From Verrucomicrobiales bacterium (GTDB lineage Bacteria > Verrucomicrobiota > Verrucomicrobiia > Verrucomicrobiales > DEV007), in assembly GCA_028033615.1 (NCBI GenBank), contig JAOFDG010000004.1, forward strand, positions 4,637-68,636: a stretch of DNA of 64,000 bases. The letters run 5' to 3'. The translations under genes and the position numbers were made by a program. Of this stretch, positions 1 through 9,582 are shown in pieces. The notes under the pieces are model-generated. The model was not told where the DNA came from. It worked only from the letters and a program-made list of their open reading frames with translations, and searched no databases. Positions within the stretch are counted from its first letter, which is position 1. Every line of letters starts with the position of its first letter.

Positions 1-345
1 AGCGCTTACAATACTGATAATGGTCATTTTCCACAAGCTCCAGAGAATGATGATGAACAAACCTTTTGGAATTTCTGGTTTGAAACTTTTGAGGATGATT
101 ATGATATCCCGAAAAAGACCTGGATTTGTCCAACTTACCGTAGAATGAACCCTAAGGTGGAAGAAGAAGACATGAAAGGAACATACGTTCCGACCAGGTT
201 TAGTAAGAGTAGTCCTCTCGCAGCGTATCGCTGGCCTAATCAGCCTTGGTTGGTAGAAGTAGGGGATCACCATGGAAAAGGCATGTTAGTCCTTTTTCCA
301 GATGGTTCAGTGAGACCTTTTTCGGTGGGTTCTTTTCAGAAATGA
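1..345 (+). CDS. C-terminal fragment of a prepilin-like (pseudopilin/DUF1559-type) protein with an H-X9-DG tail; the 5' end lies outside the window
   Basis: Frame 1 is open from nt 1 to the TGA at 343-345. The C-terminus reads HHGKGMLVLFPDGSVRPF, i.e. His, nine residues, then Asp-Gly. This is the signature of the expanded prepilin-like families of PVC bacteria. Confidence 0.6.
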   Translation, partial: SAYNTDNGHFPQAPENDDEQTFWNFWFETFEDDYDIPKKTWICPTYRRMNPKVEEEDMKGTYVPTRFSKSSPLAAYRWPNQPWLVEVGDHHGKGMLVLFPDGSVRPFSVGSFQK

Positions 346-360
346 AGAGAAAATCAGAAA

Positions 361-3300
361 TTAAGTAATATCTGAGTGAAATTCTTGTATTGTTCGAACC
401 TCAGTATTAAGAGACTTTAATGAAAGTATTGCGAGTGCACTGGCTTTTGCAGCCCGAAGATTAGTCATTACAGGGATACTGTTAGCAACTGCGGAACTAC
501 GGATCTTAACTTCGTCAGCGCGCTGGGTTCTTTCAGTACTCGGAGTATTAATGACGAAATTAAGTTCACCATTTTTAATCATATCTAAAACATTAGGACG
601 ACGTTTTTCAGCAAGCTTAAATAATTTGGTTACGGGTATTCCCGCATCTTCGATCACTTTTGCAGTGCCCGAGGTTGAGTAAAGGTTAAAACCAAGTTCG
701 TGGTATTCTCTTATAATGTCTATTGCCTTTCCCTTGTCTCTGTCTTTGAGGCTTATAAAAATATTTCCTTCAGTTGGTAAGGGAGAAGATGCGGCCATCT
801 GTGATTTCGCATATGCCATTCCCAAATCATTATCGATTCCCATGACTTCACCCGTTGCTTTCATTTCTGGTCCCAGAACAATATCTGTCCCTGGAAATTT
901 AACGAATGGGAAAACTGCTTCTTTTACAGAGTAATGATCAGGTGTAATTTCCTTAGTAAACCCAAGGTCTTTAAGTTTTTCACCTGCCATTACTTTTGCA
1001 GCAAGTTTGGCTAGTGGTACACCAATCGTTTTTGAGACAAAGGGAACGGTTCTTGATGCTCTGGGGTTAACTTCTATGACATATAGTTCCTCACCCTTTA
1101 CGGCAAATTGAATATTCATTAAACCCCTAACATCTAATTTTTTTGCTAGCGCCTTAGAAGCATTATTGATTTCACTTTTAATTGTGTCACTCAAGGAGAA
1201 AGGAGGGATGACGCATGCACTGTCACCTGAATGAATGCCTGCTTGTTCAATGTGTTCCATTATCGCCCCTACTACAGAATCATCACCATCTGAGATAACA
1301 TCAACATCGACTTCAGTAGCATCTTCTAGAAATCTATCTACTAGTATCGGCCTTTCGGGACTAGCTTCTACAGCTGATGACATATATGATTTTAATTCAT
1401 TGTCATCATAAACTATAACCATGGCTCGTCCTCCAAGGACGAAGCTTGGTCGAACAAGGACAGGATAAGAAATTCTCTTGGCCACTTCTAATGCCTCTTC
1501 AGCTGATGTGGCCGTTCCAGCTTCTGCTTGTTTTAGACCAAGCTCATCAAGTAGGGCAGAGAAAAATTTTCGGTCTTCTGCTTGTTCTATACTTTTAGGA
1601 GATGTTCCAATAACATTTACTCCGTTAGATTCCAGGCTAGCTGCAAGATTTAATGGTGTTTGCCCGCCGAATTGAACGATAGTTCCTGAGGGTTTTTCGG
1701 ATTCGAATATATTTAATACATCTTCAAACGTTAGGGGTTCGAAGTAGAGTTTGTCACTGGTATCATAGTCTGTAGATACAGTTTCTGGGTTGGAATTAAC
1801 CATAATAGTTTCAAATCCCAGTTCTTTTAGTGCGAAAGCTGCGTGAACACAGCAGTAATCAAATTCTATTCCTTGTCCTATGCGATTAGGTCCGCCACCT
1901 AAGATCATAATTTTTTTAGTTTCCCCATTCCGAGTTTCATTTTCGTCCCCGTAGGTCGAATAGTAATAAGGAGTAAATGCCTCAAATTCTGCAGCGCAAG
2001 TATCAACTAATCTGTAGGTAGGCACTACGCCTTGTTTTTTTCTCGAATCTCTGACTTGGGGTTCAGTTTGATTGGTGAGATGAGAGATTTGACGATCGGA
2101 AAAACCTAATTTTTTTGCGGATTTAAAATCAAGATCAGTATTATCTGACTTAATTTTTTCTTCATAGGCTGAAATATCTTCAAGTTGTCTAAGGAACCAA
2201 CGGTCAATACCAGTAATCTCATAGAGCTCTTCTATATTCATACCCAGCTTAAAAGCTTCTCTGAGATAAAATATTCTTTCAGCGTTTGGAATTGCTATTT
2301 TTGGAAGGAGCTTTTCTTTGTCTTCGACGTTCAGCACTTTACCGTCGGCTCCAAAGCCAAAGCGTCCAGTTTCTAAAGACCTTAAAGCCTTTTGCATGGC
2401 TTCCTTAAAAGTTCTTCCAATTGACATTGCCTCGCCAACACTTTTCATTTGTGTTGTTAAAGAATCATCAGCAGATGGGAATTTTTCGAATGTAAACCTC
2501 GGAGTTTTGACGACACAATAATCTATCGTTGGCTCAAAGCTTGCAGGAGTTTCTCTTGTAATGTCATTAGGAAGCTCATCAAGAGTATAACCGACCGCAA
2601 GCTTAGCGGCAATTTTTGCTATAGGGAACCCTGTAGCTTTCGAAGCGAGAGCCGAAGATCTTGAGACCCTTGGATTCATTTCAATAACTATCATTCGTCC
2701 AGTATCCGGACACATTGAAAATTGAATATTGGAGCCTCCAGTTTCTACACCTATTTCTCTGATAATAGCAAAAGATGCGTCCCTCATAATTTGGTACTCC
2801 TTATCCGTGAGAGTTTGAGTTGGTGCCACGGTAATTGAATCACCCGTGTGAACGCCCATAGGATCTAAATTCTCTATGGAACAAATAACCACACAGTTAT
2901 CTTTCCGATCTCGCATGACTTCCATTTCAAATTCTTTCCAGCCTAGCAAAGATTCTTCGATTAAAACTTCTGTGACTGGAGACATGTCGAGGCCTCTATT
3001 AACAATTTCTTCGTACTCCTCGTTATTATAGGCTATTCCTCCTCCACTACCACCTAGCGTATAAGCAGGCCTAATGATTAAAGGAAAACGGTCACCTGTT
3101 TTCTTGGCAATATCTTTAGCGATTTTAATGGCTTCATCCATTGTGTGAGCTACTCCTGATTGAGGAATATCTAGCCCGATTTTTATCATCGCTTCTTTAA
3201 AAGCTAGTCTGTCTTCGCCTTTTTCGATGGCTTCAGCATTGGCTCCAATTAACTTAACATTATTTTTTTCAAGGATTCCTCTTCTGACTAGCTCCATTGC

Positions 3301-3594
3301 AGTGTTGAGCCCAGTCTGGCCACCTAGAGTTGGTAATAATGCATCTGGATTTTCTCGAATAATTATCTTTTCGACGATTTCCGGTGTCACTGGCTCTATA
3401 TATGTCCGATCAGCAAATTCAGGATCGGTCATGATTGTAGCAGGATTCGAATTAACAAGTACAACTTCGTAGCCTTCTTCTTTTAAAGCTTTGCAAGCTT
3501 GCACTCCTGAATAGTCAAATTCACATCCTTGACCGATAACGATCGGCCCTGATCCAATAAGCAGAATCTTCTTTATATGGGTATCTTTTGGCAT
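361..3594 (-). CDS. carB: Carbamoyl-phosphate synthase large subunit
   Basis: 1077-aa ORF with two ATP-grasp halves. The halves open with [23 protein letters not shown] and [23 protein letters not shown]. The C-terminus looks like the MGS-like allosteric domain. Confidence 0.97.
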   Translation of the reverse strand: MPKDTHIKKILLIGSGPIVIGQGCEFDYSGVQACKALKEEGYEVVLVNSNPATIMTDPEFADRTYIEPVTPEIVEKIIIRENPDALLPTLGGQTGLNTAMELVRRGILEKNNVKLIGANAEAIEKGEDRLAFKEAMIKIGLDIPQSGVAHTMDEAIKIAKDIAKKTGDRFPLIIRPAYTLGGSGGGIAYNNEEYEEIVNRGLDMSPVTEVLIEESLLGWKEFEMEVMRDRKDNCVVICSIENLDPMGVHTGDSITVAPTQTLTDKEYQIMRDASFAIIREIGVETGGSNIQFSMCPDTGRMIVIEMNPRVSRSSALASKATGFPIAKIAAKLAVGYTLDELPNDITRETPASFEPTIDYCVVKTPRFTFEKFPSADDSLTTQMKSVGEAMSIGRTFKEAMQKALRSLETGRFGFGADGKVLNVEDKEKLLPKIAIPNAERIFYLREAFKLGMNIEELYEITGIDRWFLRQLEDISAYEEKIKSDNTDLDFKSAKKLGFSDRQISHLTNQTEPQVRDSRKKQGVVPTYRLVDTCAAEFEAFTPYYYSTYGDENETRNGETKKIMILGGGPNRIGQGIEFDYCCVHAAFALKELGFETIMVNSNPETVSTDYDTSDKLYFEPLTFEDVLNIFESEKPSGTIVQFGGQTPLNLAASLESNGVNVIGTSPKSIEQAEDRKFFSALLDELGLKQAEAGTATSAEEALEVAKRISYPVLVRPSFVLGGRAMVIVYDDNELKSYMSSAVEASPERPILVDRFLEDATEVDVDVISDGDDSVVGAIMEHIEQAGIHSGDSACVIPPFSLSDTIKSEINNASKALAKKLDVRGLMNIQFAVKGEELYVIEVNPRASRTVPFVSKTIGVPLAKLAAKVMAGEKLKDLGFTKEITPDHYSVKEAVFPFVKFPGTDIVLGPEMKATGEVMGIDNDLGMAYAKSQMAASSPLPTEGNIFISLKDRDKGKAIDIIREYHELGFNLYSTSGTAKVIEDAGIPVTKLFKLAEKRRPNVLDMIKNGELNFVINTPSTERTQRADEVKIRSSAVANSIPVMTNLRAAKASALAILSLKSLNTEVRTIQEFHSDIT

Positions 3595-3675
3595 CTTTTG
3601 TAGTCTCTTGTTGCCATCGTCACAACCAAAAGTAAAGGCTATAATAACGGGGTTTAAAGATCTTTAAGTCTCGTT

Positions 3676-4344
3676 TTATAATGTTACTGATCTTAGATCA
3701 ATGAGAAGCTTTTTTAGCCGCTCATCGAAAAAATTATCTGTTTTAAAGATGGCATCTGAAAAGTTGCCACCTTCAGTTATTTTATTAGTGACAATGGCGC
3801 ACTTTATTCCAGCGCTAGTTGCTGCCTTGAGTCCATTTTCAGAATCCTCAAGGACTAATGCTTCAGAAGTTTTAATGTTTAAACCTTCACAGGATGACAA
3901 GAATAGGTCGGGTGCAGGCTTGATTTTCTTGACGTCGTCTCGGTTGAAAAACTGCTCGAAGTAATTTTTTATCTTTAGCTTTTCCACCCAACCTAAAACC
4001 CAACCTTTAGAAGAGCTTGATGCAATTGCCATTTTCAACCCAAGTTCGCTAGCTTCTTCCAAAAAATCCAAGATCCCAGGCCGCGCTTTTTGTGTTTCTA
4101 ATTTCTCTCTAATTATTCTTTCCCTTTGTTCATTAATTTTATTCCAATCAAATTTTTTCCCGCATCGTTTTTCTAACTCCTTACTTGGATCAAATTGAGT
4201 AAAGTCACTACCGACACATTGTTTATAGTCGACAAGTTTAAGTGATTGCTCGTTATCTTCATAGACGCGTTTCCATGTTTCATAAATTACAGTTTCGGTG
4301 TCAACGATGAGTCCATCGAAATCAAAAATAAGACCTTTCAACAT
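3676..4344 (-). CDS. HAD-superfamily hydrolase (subfamily IA, phosphatase/beta-phosphoglucomutase-like)
   Basis: N-terminal DFDGLIVDTE (DxDxT nucleophile motif). Later IASSSS and LEDSENG motifs also fit the HAD-IA layout. Confidence 0.8.
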   Translation of the reverse strand: MLKGLIFDFDGLIVDTETVIYETWKRVYEDNEQSLKLVDYKQCVGSDFTQFDPSKELEKRCGKKFDWNKINEQRERIIREKLETQKARPGILDFLEEASELGLKMAIASSSSKGWVLGWVEKLKIKNYFEQFFNRDDVKKIKPAPDLFLSSCEGLNIKTSEALVLEDSENGLKAATSAGIKCAIVTNKITEGGNFSDAIFKTDNFFDERLKKLLIDLRSVTL

Positions 4345-4360
4345 CTGCTTACTTTTAGAA

Positions 4361-5260
4361 TTATGATTTTAAGTTTTTAGCATATTTTGCAGAGGCTAAA
4401 GCAAAATTTTCTGCTATTGGTTTTAATTTTCCTTGATACAAGATTCCAATCTTTAGATGAGGAAAACCTCTCAGGCTAATTTTTCTTAAACCCTTTGGTA
4501 TTTCAATTCCAGGCGCATCTAAAGTTAAGCCTATTCCGTATCCTCTACTTGTATAGTTGGTTACTAGTTCAAGTGAGCTGACTTCTATATGCGTATCCCA
4601 ATCAATCCCCCTATCTTTTAATTCATTTTGAAAGATAATATTAATAGCGTGTTCTGATGAAAGTGAAATTAGTGGTTCATTTACTATTTGGGTATCACCA
4701 CTAGTGAGTTTTGAGAATGTTTTAACTTCTGAATTATCAGGTACGATTAGAATCAGAGGGGTTTTTAGAAGCTCAATCGTTTTTAATGAATTTTTTGAGT
4801 TTGAGTGAAGGGTTGTTATCGCAATGTCTATCTCTTGATTCGCTAATAAATTTTCTGCAGCTTCAGAAGCGATTAATTCGGTCATACTTATTTTAAGCTT
4901 TGGGTAATCTCTCTTGAGATCATCGAGTAGTTCTGGTAAATGATTTGCGAGAACTGTTCCTGATGCAGCAAGTCGTAAATGAGAACTCTCTTCACCTATG
5001 AGTTGTTCAGCTATTCCAGGCAATTCAGAAAAAAATGGCGCTAGGAAGTCATAGAGTTGATTTCCAGCGTGAGTAAGAGCAAAAGGTCTACGATTAAAAA
5101 GTTTAACCCCAAGCTCTTGTTCGAGCTGAAGCATTTGCCCAGAAACTGCGGGCTGTTGAATCCCATAAGGCATTTTTCTAACCGCGGGTGTAATACCACT
5201 ATATTTTGCAACATAATAAAAAAGTTCTAAATGGTGGAGATTCGGGGGAAGGGATGGCAT
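4361..5260 (-). CDS. LysR-family transcriptional regulator
   Basis: 299 aa. N-terminal winged-HTH region (LHHLELFYYVAKYSGITPAVRKMPYGIQQPAVSGQMLQLEQELGVKLFNR) followed by a LysR-type substrate-binding domain. Confidence 0.85.
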   Translation of the reverse strand: MPSLPPNLHHLELFYYVAKYSGITPAVRKMPYGIQQPAVSGQMLQLEQELGVKLFNRRPFALTHAGNQLYDFLAPFFSELPGIAEQLIGEESSHLRLAASGTVLANHLPELLDDLKRDYPKLKISMTELIASEAAENLLANQEIDIAITTLHSNSKNSLKTIELLKTPLILIVPDNSEVKTFSKLTSGDTQIVNEPLISLSSEHAINIIFQNELKDRGIDWDTHIEVSSLELVTNYTSRGYGIGLTLDAPGIEIPKGLRKISLRGFPHLKIGILYQGKLKPIAENFALASAKYAKNLKS

Positions 5261-5295
5261 TAAAAAACTATCGATATCGCTGATTTAATTTGATC

Positions 5296-5309
5296 ATTAA
5301 TCGATTAAT
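5296..5309. promoter_or_regulatory. Perfect 14-bp palindrome ATTAATCGATTAAT, a candidate operator in the LysR / rplU divergent intergenic region
   Basis: Read directly; the sequence is self-complementary. Its central ATCGAT is one of three exact ATCGAT hexamers, starting at 5270, 5300 and 5332. Confidence 0.3.
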
Positions 5310-5525
5310 ATTGAACTTGAAGCCTAAAATGATCGATTTGCACCTAATTATTTAGGAACTCTTAATAATTATTGGAAGTAATTATATTTTTTAAATATTT
5401 ATGATGATATCTTAATCAATAAATATCGAAAAAAGCGCTTGATGGATCTGTTTGAATGTGGAATCTTTTGCGCCCCTCAAGAAGGGTTAAAAGTCTTATT
5501 TTTAACCTAAAAATTTATAAATATC

Positions 5526-5840
5526 ATGCCCTACGCAATCATAAAGACTGGTGGAAAGCAGTACAAAGTTTCTCAAGGTACTAGTATTGACGTCGAGAAG
5601 CTTGACCTTGAAGTCGGATCTGATGCAACTTTTGACAGTGTTCTGATGTTTTCTGATGAAGGAAAAGTCAAAGTAGGTAATCCCACAATTGCCGGTGCCA
5701 CAGTAACAGCTGAAGTAGTTGATCAATACCGTGCTAAGAAAGTTACTGCTTTCAAATTTAAGCGTAGAAAAGGCTACCACAAAACTAAGGGGCATAGACA
5801 ACATTTGACGAAACTGACGATTAAAGAGATAAGCGCTTAA
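5526..5840 (+). CDS. rplU: 50S ribosomal protein L21
   Basis: MPYAIIKTGGKQYKV N-terminus and a 104-aa length, directly upstream of L27. Confidence 0.95.
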   Translation: MPYAIIKTGGKQYKVSQGTSIDVEKLDLEVGSDATFDSVLMFSDEGKVKVGNPTIAGATVTAEVVDQYRAKKVTAFKFKRRKGYHKTKGHRQHLTKLTIKEISA

Positions 5841-5882
5841 TTTACACCTCTAATTCAACAACAAACAATCACCTAAATAGAC

Positions 5883-6140
5883 ATGGCACATAAGAAGGGG
5901 CAAGGAAGTGTTAAAAACGGACGTGACAGCAACTCTAAGAGAAGAGGTGTTAAAAAGTTTGGAGGCGAGCATGTTATCGCGGGTAACATCATCTTACGTC
6001 AATGCGGAACCAAGTGGAGGCCAGGTAAAAATGTAGGTCTTGGTAAAGATTATACGATTTTTTCTCTAGTTGAAGGAAATGTCAGATTTGATCAAGGTGG
6101 TCGCAGAGTGAATGTTGATCCAATTGCTCTTTCTGAATAA
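5883..6140 (+). CDS. rpmA: 50S ribosomal protein L27
   Basis: [30 protein letters not shown]-terminus; 85 aa. Confidence 0.95.
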   Translation: MAHKKGQGSVKNGRDSNSKRRGVKKFGGEHVIAGNIILRQCGTKWRPGKNVGLGKDYTIFSLVEGNVRFDQGGRRVNVDPIALSE

Positions 6141-6166
6141 TTTTAATTTAATTATTTCAAGAGGTC

Positions 6167-6649
6167 GTGGGTGATAGCTCGGAAAATTTTCCGACTCCGT
6201 CTCTTAACATTGTTCTAGTGGAACCAGAGATCCCTCCAAATACTGGTAATGTTGGAAGGTTGTGCGTTGCAACTTCTTCTAAGTTACACTTAATAGAGCC
6301 ATTGGGTTTTAACTTAGATGAAAAAAGTCTACGTCGTGCAGGTATGGATTACTGGGATGAACTAGATCTTAAAATCTGGCCATCATTTGAAGTTTTAAAA
6401 TTATCCACAAAAGAAGAATCTCGTTTTTGGTTTTTTACGACTAAAGTTGAAAAACCCTTTTGGGAAGTGCAATTTAAACCTGGTGATTACCTTGTTTTTG
6501 GAAGAGAAACTAAAGGGCTGCCTTTTAGCCTTATTGAAGAGCATATTGAGTCTTCTGTTAGAATTCCAATGGTATCTAAGGCGAGAAGTTTAAACCTTGC
6601 GACATCTGTTGGGATTGGTCTTTATGGAGCTCTAAATTCGTTAAAATAA
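6167..6649 (+). CDS. trmL: SpoU/TrmL-family tRNA 2'-O-methyltransferase
   Basis: 160 aa with a GTG start. NIVLVEPEIPPNTGNVGRLC and LRRAGMDYW motifs, plus a C-terminal knot region (VRIPM...SLNLATSVGI). Confidence 0.8.
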   Translation: MGDSSENFPTPSLNIVLVEPEIPPNTGNVGRLCVATSSKLHLIEPLGFNLDEKSLRRAGMDYWDELDLKIWPSFEVLKLSTKEESRFWFFTTKVEKPFWEVQFKPGDYLVFGRETKGLPFSLIEEHIESSVRIPMVSKARSLNLATSVGIGLYGALNSLK

Positions 6650-6864
6650 TTTCGTAATTAAAACAAATTAATTGTTTATTAATAAGCATTAATTTTTCAT
6701 TGTTAATACTTGTCATGGAGGGAATTAGAACTAATGTCTCATCAATTATTTCTCTATGGGAAATGAGTAGTGAAGTTCGGCCCTTAATGCCGATGACCCC
6801 ACCGCCTGCTTCTTTTTTTGAAAGAGCAAGCCCCACAACAATAAACATATAACAACCGGGTACT

Positions 6865-7296
6865 ATGCCGGAAATTAAACCTAACTACGGAATAAGTCGT
6901 ATTGATCAGCCTGAAAAAAAGAACCATGGGTTCTATGTCAGGATTACGAATAAAGGAAAGACATCTCAAAAGTTTTTTCCTGATAAATCATGTGGAAGTA
7001 AAGCCAAAGCCCAAAAAATGGCCAAGTCTTACAGAGACAAGATTTTTAACAAACTGCCTAAGGCTCGCAAAGAAGCTGCGGCTTCTCGTCGAAAGAGAAT
7101 TAAACAGAGTGGTGTGACTGGTGTTACACATGTTGTTTCTAAAAGTGCTGCTGGTAAGCTTTATGCATATTGGCAAGCAGCTTGGACTGAAGGTAAGACT
7201 CGTAAAACTGCAAAATTTTCAGTAGCTCGTAATGGAGACAAAAAGTCTCTAGAGCTAGCTATAAAGGCTAAGCGAAAAGCAGACAGGAATTCATAG
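6865..7296 (+). CDS. Small lysine-rich protein with two AP2-like DNA-binding repeats
   Basis: Repeat 1: YGISRIDQPEKKNHGFYVRITNKGKTSQKFFPDKSCGSKAKAQKMAKSYRDK. Repeat 2: SGVTGVTHVVSKSAAGKLYAYWQAAWTEGKTRKTAKFSVARNGDKKSLELAIKAKRKA. Both follow the bacterial AP2 pattern G-[IV]-[ST]-[GR]-[IV] ... aromatic-x-[AV] ... GK ... KF[FS] ... helix. Confidence 0.6.
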   Translation: MPEIKPNYGISRIDQPEKKNHGFYVRITNKGKTSQKFFPDKSCGSKAKAQKMAKSYRDKIFNKLPKARKEAAASRRKRIKQSGVTGVTHVVSKSAAGKLYAYWQAAWTEGKTRKTAKFSVARNGDKKSLELAIKAKRKADRNS

Positions 7297-7326
7297 CAAG
7301 CTCTTGACCAATTACTCTGTCCGAGT

Positions 7327-8043
7327 TTGAGTGACAGTGTGGAATCAAGAGACACAGTGATACCTGATGATTTAGATAAAGTCTTTTTAAAGGCTAGTTC
7401 TCTATCTAGAAGCTACAATATTGGTGCGTCTAGGCTGTCGGTCTTGAAAGGGCTCAGTCTTGATATAAAGCGCCAAGAGAAACTTTTTTTACGTGGTGCA
7501 TCGGGGGCTGGAAAAAGTACTTTGCTTTATACTCTTGCTGGACTTGAAAGGCCTGATTCAGGTTCAGTGGAAATTGATGGAAAATCACTGTATGCCCTCA
7601 ATAATACAGAGCAAACGAAGTTTAGAAATACGAAAATAGGTTATGTCTTTCAAAACTATTTCCTTCTTCCCGACTTAAATGCATTGGAGAATGTTCTCGT
7701 TCCTTCCATGATAGGTGGTTATAAAAATAACAAAGAAAGAGCTATCGAAATCCTTACAAAAGTTGGCCTAGGCAATAGACTTAGACACAGGCCATCTGAA
7801 CTTTCAGGAGGAGAGCAACAACGAGTAGCAATTGCTCGTGCATTAATAAATGATCCGGAAATTGTTTTTGCTGATGAGCCAACTGGAAACCTTGATTCAT
7901 CCACTGGTGAAGAATTAATGGAAATGTTGATAAAGTTAGTAGATGAAAATAAAAAAACACTCATTGTAGTGACGCATGATGCAAAGCTTGCTGAGCTTGG
8001 AGACCGTGAATTGCTGCTAGCAGACGGCCGAATTATGGATTAA
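7327..8043 (+). CDS. ABC transporter ATP-binding protein (LolD/MacB/FtsE-like)
   Basis: TTG start. Walker A GASGAGKST, signature LSGGEQQRVAIARAL, Walker B IVFADEPTGNLD. No permease gene is adjacent. Confidence 0.85.
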   Translation: MSDSVESRDTVIPDDLDKVFLKASSLSRSYNIGASRLSVLKGLSLDIKRQEKLFLRGASGAGKSTLLYTLAGLERPDSGSVEIDGKSLYALNNTEQTKFRNTKIGYVFQNYFLLPDLNALENVLVPSMIGGYKNNKERAIEILTKVGLGNRLRHRPSELSGGEQQRVAIARALINDPEIVFADEPTGNLDSSTGEELMEMLIKLVDENKKTLIVVTHDAKLAELGDRELLLADGRIMD

Positions 8044-8068
8044 AATAAAAAATACGGCAAATATATTT

Positions 8069-8941
8069 ATGGACATATATATCGATGGAGAATATTTCGA
8101 AAAAAAGAATGCAAAAATTTCCGTTTTTGATCATGGCCTTTTGTACGGCGATGGAATCTTTGAAGGTATTCGTTTCTACGAAGGGCGTGTTTTTAAATTA
8201 AAAGAACACATCCAAAGATTATTTATATCTGCTAAAGCCATTTTGCTTGAAATTGAAATGACTCAAGATGAGATGGAGAAAGCTGTATGTGAAACTATTC
8301 GAAAGAATGGCCTCAATGATGGTTATGTAAGGCTTCTAGTAACTCGAGGTGTAGGTACCCTTGGTTTGAGTCCTTTTGCATGTGATAAATCGACAGTTAT
8401 TATTATTGCTGATTCAATTTCTCTATACCCCGATGAAAAATATAAAGAGGGGCTCAAACTTATCACCTGCTCTACTAGACGGACTGCACCTGCTGCACTG
8501 AGCCCTTCAGTTAAGTCTTTAAATTATTTAAACAACGTCATGGCCAAGGTTGAGGCCATATTTGCAGATGCGGAAGAAGGACTTATGTTAAATGAGCAAG
8601 GTTTCGTTGCTGAGTGTACGGGTGATAATATTTTTGTAGTAAGAGATGGGAAGATCAAAACTCCTCCTTCTTCAGCGGGCGCTCTGCCAGGAATTACAAG
8701 AGAAGTAATTTTTGATATAGCTGGAAATTTAGGAGTTGCAATAGAGGAGTCTCAAATGACCAGATATGATATTTATGCTGCTGACGAGTGTTTTTTAACA
8801 GGTACCGCTGCAGAAGTTATTGCTGCGGTATCTTTAGACAGAAGACTGATTGGTAACGGTAAGCCTGGTCCAATTACTGAAAAATTCATAGAAAGTTTTA
8901 GGAAGATTGTAGGTAAGGAAGGAAAGATTATATTCGAATAA
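8069..8941 (+). CDS. ilvE: Branched-chain amino acid aminotransferase (fold-type IV PLP enzyme)
   Basis: 290 aa with DHGLLYGDGIFEGIR, VRLLVTRG and ITREV motifs typical of class IV aminotransferases. A D-amino-acid aminotransferase cannot be excluded by eye. Confidence 0.78.
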   Translation: MDIYIDGEYFEKKNAKISVFDHGLLYGDGIFEGIRFYEGRVFKLKEHIQRLFISAKAILLEIEMTQDEMEKAVCETIRKNGLNDGYVRLLVTRGVGTLGLSPFACDKSTVIIIADSISLYPDEKYKEGLKLITCSTRRTAPAALSPSVKSLNYLNNVMAKVEAIFADAEEGLMLNEQGFVAECTGDNIFVVRDGKIKTPPSSAGALPGITREVIFDIAGNLGVAIEESQMTRYDIYAADECFLTGTAAEVIAAVSLDRRLIGNGKPGPITEKFIESFRKIVGKEGKIIFE

Positions 8942-8953
8942 TTATATAACTTA

Positions 8954-8982
8954 TTGACATCTAATTCGTTTCGAAATTTAAA
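8954..8982 (+). promoter_or_regulatory. Possible sigma70-like promoter upstream of mcsA (TTGACA, 17-nt spacer, TTTAAA)
   Basis: TTGACA at 8954-8959, then a 17-nt spacer, then TTTAAA at 8977-8982 (4 of 6 matches to TATAAT). PVC promoter rules are poorly known, so this is weak. Confidence 0.2.
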
Positions 8983-9003
8983 ATAAAATGTGAAAGATCT
9001 TTA

Positions 9004-9041
9004 ATCCTGAACTATGAGATTGAGCGTTTGAATTTCAGGAT
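9004..9041. promoter_or_regulatory. Inverted repeat ATCCTGAA-N22-TTCAGGAT immediately upstream of mcsA
   Basis: The 8-bp arms at 9004-9011 and 9034-9041 are exact reverse complements. The repeat ends 16 nt before the mcsA ATG. It could be an operator or a 5'-UTR hairpin. Confidence 0.3.
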
Positions 9042-9056
9042 ATAATATATGACCAA

Positions 9057-9572
9057 ATGAATTGCGACGTTTGTAATGAAAATGATGCCACTGTTTATCT
9101 TACACAAATTGTTAAAGGGGAGATGCAAAAGGTTAATCTTTGCGAAGATTGCGCCAAAGAAAAAGGGGTTACAGACCCAACCGGTTTTGCCCTTGCTGAT
9201 GCCTTGTTAGGTATGGATTCAGATCAGGAAAAAAGTGAATCTGTTGATTTAATGACTTGCAAGGCTTGTGGGTTTAGTCATTCAGAATTTAAAAAATCAG
9301 GTCGATTTGGTTGTAGCGAATGTTATTCTGTTTTTCAATCGGGTTTAGAGAGTCTTGTAAAAGCAATGCACAAAGGTACTAGGCATATAGGTAAAGTTCC
9401 TTCAAGATACCGGGTTGTTAAGAAATACAATGATCAGATTACAGAATTAAAAGACCTCCTATTGAATGCTATCAATGATGAGAACTTTGAGGAAGCGGCA
9501 AAATTAAGAGATGAAATTAAATTAGCTGATGCTGATTTCAATGAATCTAATGAAGGTTCTTTAGAAAATTAA
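9057..9572 (+). CDS. mcsA: McsA-like protein (zinc-finger/UVR-motif activator of protein arginine kinase)
   Basis: N-terminal paired Cys motifs (CDVC...CEDC; CKAC...CSEC) and a C-terminal UVR motif (NFEEAAKLRDEIK). It lies directly upstream of the guanidino kinase gene. Confidence 0.8.
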   Translation: MNCDVCNENDATVYLTQIVKGEMQKVNLCEDCAKEKGVTDPTGFALADALLGMDSDQEKSESVDLMTCKACGFSHSEFKKSGRFGCSECYSVFQSGLESLVKAMHKGTRHIGKVPSRYRVVKKYNDQITELKDLLLNAINDENFEEAAKLRDEIKLADADFNESNEGSLEN

Positions 9573-9582
9573 TTACACATTA

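Noticed and set aside
716-3472. Five plus-strand ORFs of 63-81 aa (716-934, 1478-1675, 2185-2376, 2318-2521, 3227-3472) inside carB
   Set aside because: They lie antisense to a highly conserved 1077-aa gene and have low-complexity, Ser/Pro/Leu-rich translations. They are shadow ORFs.
5502-5804. 100-aa minus-strand ORF overlapping rplU
   Set aside because: It is antisense to the unmistakable L21 gene and has no recognisable motif.
6576-7355. ORFs at 6576-6848, 6784-6969, 6902-7117, 6988-7176 and 7161-7355 around the AP2-like gene
   Set aside because: They overlap each other, trmL, or the AP2-like ORF in other frames or strands, and none shows a motif. The AP2-like frame is the only one with an interpretable repeat structure.
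7327-8043. Orphan LolD-like ABC ATPase without a permease gene, considered as a possible novel system
   Set aside because: The motifs are entirely standard, and permease partners are often encoded elsewhere. Nothing in the sequence itself is unusual.
9041-9046. A perfect TATAAT hexamer upstream of mcsA
   Set aside because: It lies only 10 nt before the ATG and has no acceptable -35 element at 16-18 nt. It is more likely part of the AT-rich leader or of the inverted repeat than a -10 box.
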